Assembly (NCBI GenBank): GCA_029858255.1
Contig: JAOUFJ010000004.1
Coordinates: 30,936 to 94,935 of the forward strand
From: a candidate division WOR-3 bacterium
Lineage (GTDB): Bacteria > Hydrothermota > Tepidihabitantia > SM23-42
Length of the DNA: 64,000 nucleotides
Direction: 5' to 3'
Part shown: piece by piece, positions 1 through 9,303 of the stretch
Layout of the letters: each line of letters starts with the position of its first letter
How positions within the stretch are numbered: position 1 is the stretch's first letter
Notes under the pieces: model-generated
Seen by the model: only the letters and a program-made list of their open reading frames with translations
Told to the model about the DNA's origin: nothing
Databases searched by the model: none
Made by a program: the position numbers and the translations under genes

Positions 1-378
1 TACAGCCGCGACGTGTTATCGGTCAAACATACCATTTCATACAACAATCTATATTTTCCGTTCTTTCTTTCATTAAAAGCGGGCATGTTACCACTGATAT
101 CCCCTTATGTTGGTGCCGGTGTCGGTATCAATGTCCAATTCAACGGTACGAACAGGCTTGAGTCTAACGGTCTCGTTGTGGAAACGCCCATCGAGGGTTC
201 TAACACAAATGTCTTTTTGATACTCGGACTCGGTGCTGAGATAAAACTACTCAAATTCAGAATCATGCCTGAATTCACTGCAAACATCAATGCCCAGGCC
301 GATGATGCGGCTACCGAAACCCGCACAGAAGAGAATGTTGATTATCATTTTTCAGTCGGCTTTTATTACGCACCATAG
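1..378 (+). CDS. outer-membrane beta-barrel protein, C-terminal fragment (5' end lies upstream of the window)
   Basis: Frame is open from base 1 to TAG 376-378. Alternating Gly/aromatic beta-strand pattern (YVGAGVGINVQF, FLILGLGAEIKL, HFSVGFYYAP) is typical of small OMP barrels. No specific family recognised. Confidence 0.5.
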   Translation, partial: YSRDVLSVKHTISYNNLYFPFFLSLKAGMLPLISPYVGAGVGINVQFNGTNRLESNGLVVETPIEGSNTNVFLILGLGAEIKLLKFRIMPEFTANINAQADDAATETRTEENVDYHFSVGFYYAP

Positions 379-386
379 TCCTCTTG

Positions 387-3300
387 ATGCACGAATACGG
401 CATCGATATTGGTTCAGTGAGTATCAAGCTCGCCGAATTCTCAAACGGCAGGCTTGTTCAGACCCGATACATAAAACACCAAGGGCAGCCTTATAATCTG
501 CTGCTCAGTATATTAAAGTCAGCAGAAAAGATTGACCGGCTTGTCATGACCGGCAGTCTGGTCGAACCCCTGACCGATCTGCTCGGTGCAGTGCGTATTA
601 ACGAAGTTGAAGCTACTGCAGCCGCGATAATGCATTTCCATCCCGAGGTGAGATCGATCATCGAAATCGGCGGCGAAGATTCTAAACTCATCAACGTCAA
701 CGGAGGCATACGGGATTTTGCATCAAATACGATATGTGCTGCCGGGACCGGCATATTCCTGGATCAACAAGCCAGAAGATTATGCTATGATATTGATGAT
801 TTAGGTGACGTCGCACTGCGGGCGAAGAAGCCGGCCCGCATTGCCGGGCGCTGTTCAGTCTTTGCCAAGAGCGATATGATCCATTTACAGCAGATTGGAA
901 CCGCCCCCGACGATCTGATCGCCGGGCTGTGTCTTGCCCTGGCCCGCAATTTCAAGAGCGTGATCGCCAAAGGAAGAGAGATCGAAACACCCGTAGCATT
1001 CGTCGGCGGCGTGGCCGCAAACAAAGGTATGATAAAGGCATTCCATGAAACACTGCAAATTTCACCAGGGCAATTGCTGGTCCCTAAACACCATAACTCC
1101 GTAGGTGCAATAGGCGCCGTGCTCGCCGCAAGAAAATCGAATCTTCAATCGACATATAGGGGTCATGACAAACTGGCCGAATGGCTTGCCCTGCCAAAAA
1201 TAGTGAAACGGCTGCCACCGCTGGATGGTAAAATGCGCAGGCCTCCTACGCTATCTTCGACCATCCCGGCTCAAAAAACAACTGCCTATCTGGGCATAGA
1301 TGTGGGATCAATCTCGACCAATCTTGTACTTATCGACGAAGAGGGAAACGTCCTGGGACGCAAATACCTCTGGACCCGAGGACGGCCGATCGAGGTGGTA
1401 CTGGAAGGACTGGCCGAACTGAGCTCCGAGATCGGGGACAAGGTTGATATTGCCGGCGCCGGGACCACGGGCTCTGGAAGGTATCTGATTGGCGAGTTCA
1501 TAGGTGCCGATATCATCAAGAATGAAATAACTGCCCAGGCAAGGGCGGCATTCGAGATCGATCCTATGGTCGATACGATATTCGAGATCGGCGGGCAAGA
1601 TTCCAAATTCATAAGTCTGCGCAACAGAACGATCGTCGATTTTGAAATGAATAAAGTCTGTGCCGCAGGTACTGGTTCGTTCCTCGAGGAGCAGGCCGAA
1701 ATTCTCGGCGTCGAGCTGAAAGAATTCGGTGACCTTGCACTACAGGCAAAATCACCGATCAATCTCGGTGAGAGATGCACAGTATTCATAAATTCTGAAG
1801 TAATACATCAACAAAAAGATACACAAGAGCGCGAAAACCTGCTTGCCGGCCTGGGCTATTCGATAGTGTACAATTACCTCAACCGCGTTGTCAGCGGCAA
1901 GGAAATAGGCAAAAAGATATTCTTCCAGGGTGGGGTAGCAGCGAACAAATCCGTTGTCTCAGCATTCGAGGAAGTACTGCAAAAAGAAATCGTAGTTCCT
2001 CCCAACTACGATGTGACCGGTGCGATTGGCATAGCCCTGATCGTGCGCGACTCAAGCATTAAGCGCACCAAATTCAGAGGCCTCAATCTTGCATCGAAAT
2101 CATACACCTCGATTTCATTCACATGCAAGGACTGTAGCAACGCATGTGAAATAAATGAAATAGCTATCGCCGGCGAGGAGATTATCCATTATGGCGGTCG
2201 CTGCGGAAAATATGAAGAAAAAGAGAAAAAAAATGACAAGGTAATTCCAGATCTATTCAAACTTCGCAATGATATCTTTTTCAGAACGGAACAAACGACC
2301 GGACCCGAAATCGGTGTGCCGAGATGTCTGATCATGTATGAATTGTTTCCCTTTTTCTACGAATTTCTCAAACAACTGGGATTTAATCCGGTCCTGTCCG
2401 AACCGACGACACGCAAGGTGATTGAATATGGATCTGAACTGGCGCTTGCCGACACTTGTTTGCCGGTCAAGGTTGCCCTCGGTCAGATACAAAGCCTGCT
2501 CGGCAAGGGAATTGACCGGCTCTTCATACCAAGCGTCATTACCATGCAGCCCCAGGATGAGATTTTTCCGCGCAGCTATGTCTGTCCGTACGTCCAAGCA
2601 CTCCCTTACCTCACGAGGGCCGTGTTTGGCGAAGAAGTCGTAGTCCATGCACCCTATCTGCATTTCGACCGGGGGCAGGCAGGCGTCGAGGAATCCCTGG
2701 TACAGTTCGGCAAGGATGTCGGCAAAACAAAAAAAGAGGTAAAAAGGGCGATAGAAAAAGCCCTGAATCACTGGGTCAATATTCAAAACGAGATCAAGAA
2801 ACTCGGCAGAGATGTAATGGAGCAAATAGAACACACGGCATTTGTTGTGTGTTCAAGACCATACAATGGTTTTGACGTGGGAATGAACCTGAACTTACCA
2901 AAGAAACTTCGCGATCTCGGAGTACTGGCTATACCGCTCGATTTTCTTGATCTGGACTACAAATCAATCAAGACAGATTTCAGCAACATGTACTGGCATT
3001 ATGGCCAACGTATCATGTCGGCGGCCGAACTGATCAGAAAAGATGAACGTCTTTTCCCGGTATATTTATCTAATTTCGCCTGCGGGCCCGATTCCTTCCT
3101 CACCCGGTTCTTCCGAGAAAAGCTCGGGGCCAAACCATTCCTGCTGCTTGAAATAGATGAGCACTCCGGTGATGCCGGGTTCATAACGAGATGTGAAGCA
3201 TTTTTGGATAGCATCAGAGGCGCGAGTAGATCCGGCGCGCCAAGAAAAATAAATCAACGCAGCGAAGTAAAAGAGGGAAGAACAATATACGTGCCATATA

Positions 3301-4460
3301 TGTGCGACGGCGCGCGTGTCCTTGCCGGCGCAATGAAGCGTGCTGGCATCGATGCTGAGGTTCTGCCCAAGCCCGATGAAGAATCTATCAGCATTGGCCG
3401 GCAGTATACCTCGGGTCGAGAATGCATCCCGGCCATCATCACGGCTGGTGACATGGTAAAGAAGATAAACTCACCTGACTTTGACCCACAGAGCAGCGGA
3501 TTCTTTATGGCTCAAGGTTCTGGTCCCTGTCGCTTCGGACAGTACTACAGACTGCATCGCATCATTCTCGACGAGCTGGGACACGGAGATATTCCGATCT
3601 ATGCACCGAATCAGGGTCCGAGCTTGTTTGATGACCTCGGCACAATGGGAATCACTTTTCTCACGTCGGCATGGGACGGCGTATGCGCGGTCGATGCGTT
3701 AGAGGCGAGGGCAAGAGAGATAAGACCATACGAAGCACATGCCGGACGAACAGAGGAGATATACAATAGATACCTCGACGATTTATGCATGCTGATCGAA
3801 AGGGGAAAAAGTATTGTTCCTTTGATTCGTGAGGCAAGAAAAGATTTTGATGCAATTCGGGTTGACCGCATCGATAAACCGAAGATTGGTATTGTTGGGG
3901 AGATCTACGTGCGCTCTCAGGAATTCAGCAACAATTTTGTGATCAGACGGCTTGAAGGCCTCGGCTGCGAGATAGCTTTACCGTCCATCGGTGAGTGGTT
4001 TCTATATCTGAATTTCACCAGAGTACGTAACTGTCGTTGGTTCCGACAATACCGCAGGGTAATATTCACGAAAATATTCGACCGCTATATGAAACACCGT
4101 CAGAAAAAGATATTTGGCATTCTCGGTCTCCAACCGGAGGCTTCGGTGCATAAACTTTTCGATCATGCCAGTTCTTATATGCACTCAACCCTGGAGGGTG
4201 AAGCGGTCATGACTATCGGCAAAACCATTGATTTCATCAAGGAAGGATTCGATGGTGTCGTGAATGTAATGCCGTTCACCTGCATGCCGGGGAATACTGT
4301 CACGTCTATCTACAAGAAGATCAAAGATGATTACCGTGATTTTCCGCTCTTTAATCTATCTGTCGATGGTCTCGACCATGCGGTCGACACCATGCGGCTG
4401 GAAACCTTCGTTGCACAAGCCAGAACGCACCAGCGGGTGGTAACCTTGACAACCAGTTAG
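387..4460 (+). CDS. giant acyl-CoA dehydratase activase-related fusion protein: two BadF/BadG/BcrA/BcrD-type ATPase modules plus a DUF2229 / 2-hydroxyacyl-CoA dehydratase-like C-terminal region
   Basis: ORF track 384-4460 (TTG 384 immediately followed by ATG 387). Duplicated ATPase motifs GIDIGSVSIK..AAGTGIFLD and GIDVGSISTN..AAGTGSFLEEQA. Cys-rich linker CKDCSNACE. Long C-terminal domain as in the ~1400-aa CoA-enzyme activase fusions. Confidence 0.8.
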   Translation: MHEYGIDIGSVSIKLAEFSNGRLVQTRYIKHQGQPYNLLLSILKSAEKIDRLVMTGSLVEPLTDLLGAVRINEVEATAAAIMHFHPEVRSIIEIGGEDSKLINVNGGIRDFASNTICAAGTGIFLDQQARRLCYDIDDLGDVALRAKKPARIAGRCSVFAKSDMIHLQQIGTAPDDLIAGLCLALARNFKSVIAKGREIETPVAFVGGVAANKGMIKAFHETLQISPGQLLVPKHHNSVGAIGAVLAARKSNLQSTYRGHDKLAEWLALPKIVKRLPPLDGKMRRPPTLSSTIPAQKTTAYLGIDVGSISTNLVLIDEEGNVLGRKYLWTRGRPIEVVLEGLAELSSEIGDKVDIAGAGTTGSGRYLIGEFIGADIIKNEITAQARAAFEIDPMVDTIFEIGGQDSKFISLRNRTIVDFEMNKVCAAGTGSFLEEQAEILGVELKEFGDLALQAKSPINLGERCTVFINSEVIHQQKDTQERENLLAGLGYSIVYNYLNRVVSGKEIGKKIFFQGGVAANKSVVSAFEEVLQKEIVVPPNYDVTGAIGIALIVRDSSIKRTKFRGLNLASKSYTSISFTCKDCSNACEINEIAIAGEEIIHYGGRCGKYEEKEKKNDKVIPDLFKLRNDIFFRTEQTTGPEIGVPRCLIMYELFPFFYEFLKQLGFNPVLSEPTTRKVIEYGSELALADTCLPVKVALGQIQSLLGKGIDRLFIPSVITMQPQDEIFPRSYVCPYVQALPYLTRAVFGEEVVVHAPYLHFDRGQAGVEESLVQFGKDVGKTKKEVKRAIEKALNHWVNIQNEIKKLGRDVMEQIEHTAFVVCSRPYNGFDVGMNLNLPKKLRDLGVLAIPLDFLDLDYKSIKTDFSNMYWHYGQRIMSAAELIRKDERLFPVYLSNFACGPDSFLTRFFREKLGAKPFLLLEIDEHSGDAGFITRCEAFLDSIRGASRSGAPRKINQRSEVKEGRTIYVPYMCDGARVLAGAMKRAGIDAEVLPKPDEESISIGRQYTSGRECIPAIITAGDMVKKINSPDFDPQSSGFFMAQGSGPCRFGQYYRLHRIILDELGHGDIPIYAPNQGPSLFDDLGTMGITFLTSAWDGVCAVDALEARAREIRPYEAHAGRTEEIYNRYLDDLCMLIERGKSIVPLIREARKDFDAIRVDRIDKPKIGIVGEIYVRSQEFSNNFVIRRLEGLGCEIALPSIGEWFLYLNFTRVRNCRWFRQYRRVIFTKIFDRYMKHRQKKIFGILGLQPEASVHKLFDHASSYMHSTLEGEAVMTIGKTIDFIKEGFDGVVNVMPFTCMPGNTVTSIYKKIKDDYRDFPLFNLSVDGLDHAVDTMRLETFVAQARTHQRVVTLTTS

Positions 4461-4473
4461 TTTAGCATATAAT
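4446..4473 (+). promoter_or_regulatory. sigma70-type promoter for tRNA-Gly (TTGACA-16-TATAAT)
   Basis: TTGACA 4446-4451 (overlaps the stop of the upstream CDS), 16-nt spacer, TATAAT 4468-4473. The tRNA starts 12 nt downstream. Confidence 0.55.
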
Positions 4474-4484
4474 TTTCGGACGCT

Positions 4485-4556
4485 GCGGGTGTAGCTCAGT
4501 GGTGGAGCATCGGCTTCCCAAGCCGAGGGTCGCGGGTTCGAATCCCGTCGCCCGCT
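4485..4556 (+). tRNA. tRNA-Gly (anticodon CCC)
   Basis: Manual cloverleaf: acceptor GCGGGTG/CGCCCGC, D arm GCTC..GAGC, anticodon stem TCGGC/GCCGA with loop TTCCCAA, T arm GCGGG-TTCGAAT-CCCGT. No encoded CCA. Confidence 0.9.
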
Positions 4557-4585
4557 TTAATTTTTCTCATTGACGAGGAGGTATC

Positions 4586-5365
4586 GTGCGAAATACGTTT
4601 ATGTTCTTGATAATTGTCGCCACTTCTGGACAAATTTGCTTTGCCGAAATGGATTGGGAGAATTATGTTCTTAAGGAATCCGCGACCCATCAGGAGCAAG
4701 CGTTCGATCTGCTGAAAAATGAACTCTACAGTTTGCAGTATGATGCAACAAGCACGGTCGGTGAATTCCTCCTCGCTTACGACCGCGGGGAACCCCTGAC
4801 TGAACATCTCCACCGGTATAAGATGGACCAGTACTATCTCACGGACGGCACGACCGAATTTGGATTCCATCTGGCGCTGAAACCTTCGATCATTTCTTTG
4901 ATCCTCCCCGAGAAAAAGCCAGTCCAGATGGTGGTACCGGTGCTTTGTCCAACCTGCGGACAAGAATGGCCGGCCGACAAGAAACATCCCGCAGGATTAC
5001 AATTGAAGCCAAAGGAAATTGAGACGGCAAAATATACGAGTATCATTATCGATTGCAGCAGGTTGAACATTGCCTCCTGTTTTTTCCCGAGAGTCTACAA
5101 TGAGAAATTTCAGGAGGTATACTCTATCGACTTTGCCGACTCTCACCACGTTATAGATAGAGGGTTAGTGCAATACATCGAATCCGGACTTTCTGATAAT
5201 CCATTAATTGGCGAAAACCCGCTGAGAATCAAAGCCCTCGCAACAATGGGTCCTCACCGCACCGATATCAAGATCTCATCGCCTGATGCCAGGCGTGTAC
5301 ATGGTTCTCAGAGTAATTTGGAACTGCTAAGAGAATGCCGTGTCGTTATTATATCTGGGCAGTAG
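4586..5365 (+). CDS. hypothetical secreted protein
   Basis: GTG start 4586 preceded by GAGGAGG. N-terminal signal peptide (MRNTFMFLIIVATSGQICFA). No family recognised. Confidence 0.5.
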   Translation: MRNTFMFLIIVATSGQICFAEMDWENYVLKESATHQEQAFDLLKNELYSLQYDATSTVGEFLLAYDRGEPLTEHLHRYKMDQYYLTDGTTEFGFHLALKPSIISLILPEKKPVQMVVPVLCPTCGQEWPADKKHPAGLQLKPKEIETAKYTSIIIDCSRLNIASCFFPRVYNEKFQEVYSIDFADSHHVIDRGLVQYIESGLSDNPLIGENPLRIKALATMGPHRTDIKISSPDARRVHGSQSNLELLRECRVVIISGQ

Positions 5366-6105
5366 TTGTCTTATTCGCAAGCTGCGCCTCGCTTTTTGAC
5401 CGCAAGACCGATTTTGAGCGAGGGTTGATTTCATACAAGAACGGCCAATTCCGCGAGGCAGCCAACTATTTCAATGCCTATCACAAAGAGCATCCTCATT
5501 CAGATTCTACGCTCTACTACTTATTCAACTGCTACACCAAACTCGACGAACCTGAGAATCAAATACTTACTCTGGAAAAACTGGCCGGCCGTGGCATTAA
5601 CGATCCGAACATCTATCTGAATCTGATATTTCTCTGCCGCAAGCACGCGAAGTACGATCTATTATACGCAGCGCTGCTGAAAAGCCCGCAACCGCTTGCC
5701 GATGATATGGACAAGCACCTTACCCTGACCCGTAGGTTCCTGGCGGAATTGATTTCTGGCGCCTCGAGACAAAGGTTAAAAACCGACGCAATGGTCTTTT
5801 GCATATCAAGAGGCTATCTGCCACTATTCCCTGATGGTAAGACATACGAAGAAGATACGCTCACGATAGCCAACCTCATTGTGCTCTTAGACCGCCTCGT
5901 CGACCCTCTCTATCCTCGTAACCTTTTTCCAATGAAGGAGATAAGCACAAAATCCTACCTATATCTCCCTTATATGAGGCTCGTCGAACTCGGAGCAATG
6001 GATTTCGATCCCTACCTCAAGCCTGATCACACCGCCAGCGTCCTTGCAGCAACCAGGGCACTCGATCTATTGGTCACAAAAGGATACCTTGATAAGGCTC
6101 ATTGA
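5335..6105 (+). CDS. hypothetical lipoprotein, TPR-like N-terminal region
   Basis: Lipobox-like VVLFASC near the N-terminus. Helical repeat-like sequence. Overlaps the upstream ORF by 31 nt. Confidence 0.5.
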   Translation: MPCRYYIWAVVVLFASCASLFDRKTDFERGLISYKNGQFREAANYFNAYHKEHPHSDSTLYYLFNCYTKLDEPENQILTLEKLAGRGINDPNIYLNLIFLCRKHAKYDLLYAALLKSPQPLADDMDKHLTLTRRFLAELISGASRQRLKTDAMVFCISRGYLPLFPDGKTYEEDTLTIANLIVLLDRLVDPLYPRNLFPMKEISTKSYLYLPYMRLVELGAMDFDPYLKPDHTASVLAATRALDLLVTKGYLDKAH

Positions 6106-7336
6106 TCGCTACCTCATCAGAGAATTCATACCTCCCTTCATATTCTCAACGATTGCGCTGACCTTCATCCTTCTCATGAACGAATTGTTCCGGCTAATCG
6201 ACCTCTTTGTCAGAAAAGGCCTGCCAATAGGGATTGTAGGACAGATACTCATCTACACCCTCCCCCTGATCCTGTCGTATAGCGCACCCATGGCAATCCT
6301 CGTAGCAATCATCATGAGCTTCGGCCGGGCTGCGCAGGACAATGAGATACTTGCTCTTAAGACAAGTGGTCTTCCTTTTCGTTCCATCATGCGCGTTCCA
6401 TTTGCGATAACGCTGACTTTCACGCTGTTCCTCGGATTCTTTAATAATTACCTGCTGCCCGAATCGAATCATCGCGTCCGAAATTTAATGTTGGACGTAA
6501 CACGCAAGAGGCCGGCCGTGCGTTTACCCGAAGGTATCTTTACGAATGAATTTCCTGGCTACACCATATACATTGGCGAGAAAGATGAAGGCCGTTCAAT
6601 CATTCGTGACATAACTATTTACGACGCGCGTGATGGCGTGCTCATAACTGCCCCGCGCGGTGAGTTAAAGAGTTTTGACGAGGAGGATGTTCTTCGATTC
6701 ACGCTGTTTGACGGTGAACTACATCAGCTGGTCGACAGCGCCAAATACCAGAAGACTCAATTTGACAAACAAATAATCAACATGAAACTCGACACCGATC
6801 TGGTAAGAAAGGAACGCAGTTACCGAAATGAAAATGAGCTGACCGTTGACGGGCTGGAAGATATGATCCGGGAAACGAAACAGAAGATCGCCGGCCTGCG
6901 GCTCGAGATCATTGGTATCGGCACAACCGCGATTGAGAGCTATCTTCAGGGCGATGTTTTCGGTTTCGACAGAGCAAACTTTGAGATCGAGCGTCGAATA
7001 AAGACGATCGAAGGTGATTCGAGAAAGCTTTCACGCTATGAGGTCGCTTATTACAAGAAGTTTTCCCTCGCCTTTGCCTGTATAGTATTTCTGATAATCG
7101 GCGCGCCCCTCGGATATATATTCAAGCGTGGCGGAATAGCCGGTATCCTGGTGGGCGTTCTGTTATTCTCTTCCTATTACATCCTCGTCATTGCCGGCGA
7201 AGAGTTTGCCGATCGCAGGAATTTTCCTGCCTTCTGGGGCATGTGGCTCCCCAATTTCATTCTGCTCGGCATCGGTTTATATATGTTCCTGATGGCAGAA
7301 CTTGACCGCTCCCCATTACGGAAACTGTTCAAATGA
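6089..7336 (+). CDS. lptF: LptF/LptG-family LPS export permease (YjgP/YjgQ)
   Basis: ORF track 6044-7336. The in-frame TTG at 6089 gives the family-typical N-terminus (M)IRLIDRYLIREF. Six TM segments with a large periplasmic insert. F versus G is assigned only by gene order. Confidence 0.75.
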   Translation: MIRLIDRYLIREFIPPFIFSTIALTFILLMNELFRLIDLFVRKGLPIGIVGQILIYTLPLILSYSAPMAILVAIIMSFGRAAQDNEILALKTSGLPFRSIMRVPFAITLTFTLFLGFFNNYLLPESNHRVRNLMLDVTRKRPAVRLPEGIFTNEFPGYTIYIGEKDEGRSIIRDITIYDARDGVLITAPRGELKSFDEEDVLRFTLFDGELHQLVDSAKYQKTQFDKQIINMKLDTDLVRKERSYRNENELTVDGLEDMIRETKQKIAGLRLEIIGIGTTAIESYLQGDVFGFDRANFEIERRIKTIEGDSRKLSRYEVAYYKKFSLAFACIVFLIIGAPLGYIFKRGGIAGILVGVLLFSSYYILVIAGEEFADRRNFPAFWGMWLPNFILLGIGLYMFLMAELDRSPLRKLFK

Positions 7337-8412
7337 GCATCATCAACCGCTACGTACTCAGGCAATTCATCCGCTACGGGGTTATCTGCCTTGGCGTTTC
7401 CATATTCATATATGTGGTGATCAATCTGTTCGATAATCTGGGCAAGTTCCTGGCAAAAAATGCCTCGGCACTGGACATAATGTTATACTATGTGTATCTG
7501 ACGCCCTCCTATGCCATACTACTCATCCCGGTTGCATCCATGATCGCAGTATTTCTCGTGTTCGGAATCATGACGAAGAACCGGGAACTGCTTATCTTGA
7601 AGACAAGCGGATTCAGCATCAATAATCTCTTCTACCTCCTGTTGCTGACAGGGGTCGCTATCGCCATCGGTACATTCATTTTTCAGGAAACAATAGGGGT
7701 CTGGGCTCAAACGAGGTTGATCGAACACGAACAGGTAAGAATAAACCGGCGTCCAAAGAGAGAAGATCTGTGGCGCCGTAATTTCTTCTACTACGGTGAG
7801 GACAACTGGATATATTTCGTCCGCAAGTTCGACGGCAGGATCAACACCATGGATGATGTGATCCTGTGGAAGACGACCCGCGACAACAAGGTCAAAAAAC
7901 GGGTCGACGCGCCACACGGCCGGTTTGACGGCATCTGGGTATTTGAAAATGCAACCCTGCGCCAATTTGACACCCTGGAACACGAAATTGTGACCAGACA
8001 CTCGCTCCTCACGATGCCCGAACTCGCAGAAAAACCCACTGATTTCCTGAAGAGAATTAAACCGGCCGAGGAAATGAATTTCCTCCAGATATCCGCATTT
8101 GTGAAGAAAAGGCAACGCGCAGGGCAGGATGTCGCAAAAGAGGAGGTTGAACTGAACTACCGTTTTTCTTACCCCATAATCACTCTCGTGCTGCTTCTGA
8201 TAACCCTCCCGATTTCAGTGGTCCTGCGCAGAGGCGGGATCGCCGTCGGCCTGGGCATAAGTATCGGCCTATCATTTGTCTACTGGGGGTTCATTCAATC
8301 AAGCCGCGCCTACGGCGTTGCCGGCATCCTGAACCCGTTTCTCGCCGCTTGGCTACCCAACATAGCATTCGGTGTCATCGGCCTAATATTGTTTCTCAGG
8401 GCACCTCGCTGA
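7333..8412 (+). CDS. lptG: LptF/LptG-family LPS export permease (YjgP/YjgQ)
   Basis: N-terminus MSIINRYVLRQF, same TM/periplasmic-domain architecture as the upstream paralogue. ATGA overlap with its stop. Confidence 0.75.
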   Translation: MSIINRYVLRQFIRYGVICLGVSIFIYVVINLFDNLGKFLAKNASALDIMLYYVYLTPSYAILLIPVASMIAVFLVFGIMTKNRELLILKTSGFSINNLFYLLLLTGVAIAIGTFIFQETIGVWAQTRLIEHEQVRINRRPKREDLWRRNFFYYGEDNWIYFVRKFDGRINTMDDVILWKTTRDNKVKKRVDAPHGRFDGIWVFENATLRQFDTLEHEIVTRHSLLTMPELAEKPTDFLKRIKPAEEMNFLQISAFVKKRQRAGQDVAKEEVELNYRFSYPIITLVLLLITLPISVVLRRGGIAVGLGISIGLSFVYWGFIQSSRAYGVAGILNPFLAAWLPNIAFGVIGLILFLRAPR

Positions 8413-8437
8413 GCAAAAGCCTCAGAAAATAGCCATG

Positions 8438-8466
8438 TTGACATTTCTCCAAAATTAAGTTAGAAT
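8438..8466 (+). promoter_or_regulatory. sigma70-type promoter of accD (TTGACA-17-TAGAAT), leaderless configuration
   Basis: TTGACA 8438-8443, TAGAAT 8461-8466. Only 6 nt (AGAACA, no SD) precede ATG 8473. Confidence 0.55.
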
Positions 8467-8472
8467 AGAACA

Positions 8473-9303
8473 ATGTGGTTCAAGAAAAAGATCGAAGCCA
8501 AGGCGGAAGACAAGCTGCAATTGCCTGACGGGCTATGGGCAAAGTGCGAGGCCTGCGGTGAAATTCTATACCGAAAGGAACTCGAGAAGAACCTCTGGAT
8601 TTGCCTAAAGTGCCAATTCCATTTCCGTATCAGCTGCCGCGACTATATCAACCTGCTTCTGGATAATGCGCAATTTGAGGAGCTGGATGCAAACCTTGAA
8701 CCAATGGACCCCCTGGAATTCCCCAACTACAAGAAAAAACTGAAAGAAGCGCAACAGAAAATGCAGATGACAGATGCAGTCGTCTATGGATTGGCAAAGA
8801 TCGGGGAAACGCCCATTGTCTTCACGGCAATGGACTTTGGCTTCATGGGGGGAAGCATGGGTTCTGTCGTTGGCGAAAAGGTCGCCCGAGCCATCAGGCG
8901 GGCATACGAGGCAGAGATCCCGCTGATAATACTCTCCGCATCGGGTGGAGCACGCATGCAGGAAGGCATTCTTTCTCTCATGCAGCTGGCAAAAACCTCT
9001 GCCGAATTGGCCCTATTGAACCAAAAGCGAATCCCATACATTTCAATTCTTACTCATCCAACAACCGCAGGGGTGATGGCGTCCTATGCGTCACTCGGTG
9101 ATATCATAATCGCTGAACCCGGAGCGTTGCTCGGATTCACTGGCCCGCGCGTAATTGAGCAGACCATTGGCAGCAAATTACCCCCGGGCTTCCAGCGGTC
9201 AGATTTCATGCTGGATCACGGGCAGGTAGACATCGTTGTGTCCAGAAAAGACCTGAGAAATACCCTGATCAAAATCCTGAATATTATCTGGAAGCATGCC
9301 TAG
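8473..9303 (+). CDS. accD: acetyl-CoA carboxylase carboxyltransferase beta subunit
   Basis: N-terminal zinc ribbon CEACGEILYRKELEKNLWICLKCQFH followed by the carboxyltransferase domain (FMGGSMGSVVGEK, ASGGARMQEG). Confidence 0.9.
   Translation: MWFKKKIEAKAEDKLQLPDGLWAKCEACGEILYRKELEKNLWICLKCQFHFRISCRDYINLLLDNAQFEELDANLEPMDPLEFPNYKKKLKEAQQKMQMTDAVVYGLAKIGETPIVFTAMDFGFMGGSMGSVVGEKVARAIRRAYEAEIPLIILSASGGARMQEGILSLMQLAKTSAELALLNQKRIPYISILTHPTTAGVMASYASLGDIIIAEPGALLGFTGPRVIEQTIGSKLPPGFQRSDFMLDHGQVDIVVSRKDLRNTLIKILNIIWKHA

Noticed and set aside
4496-4987. 163-aa minus-strand ORF.
   Set aside because: It overlaps tRNA-Gly and is antisense to the secreted-protein gene. It has no support of its own.
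7519-8115. Long antisense ORFs within coding genes. Others are 19906-20496, 34954-35586, 43810-44316, 28965-29498, 1286-1789, 2253-2834 and 23585-24115.
   Set aside because: Each is opposite, or out of frame with, a gene that has clear family motifs. None has a recognisable domain.
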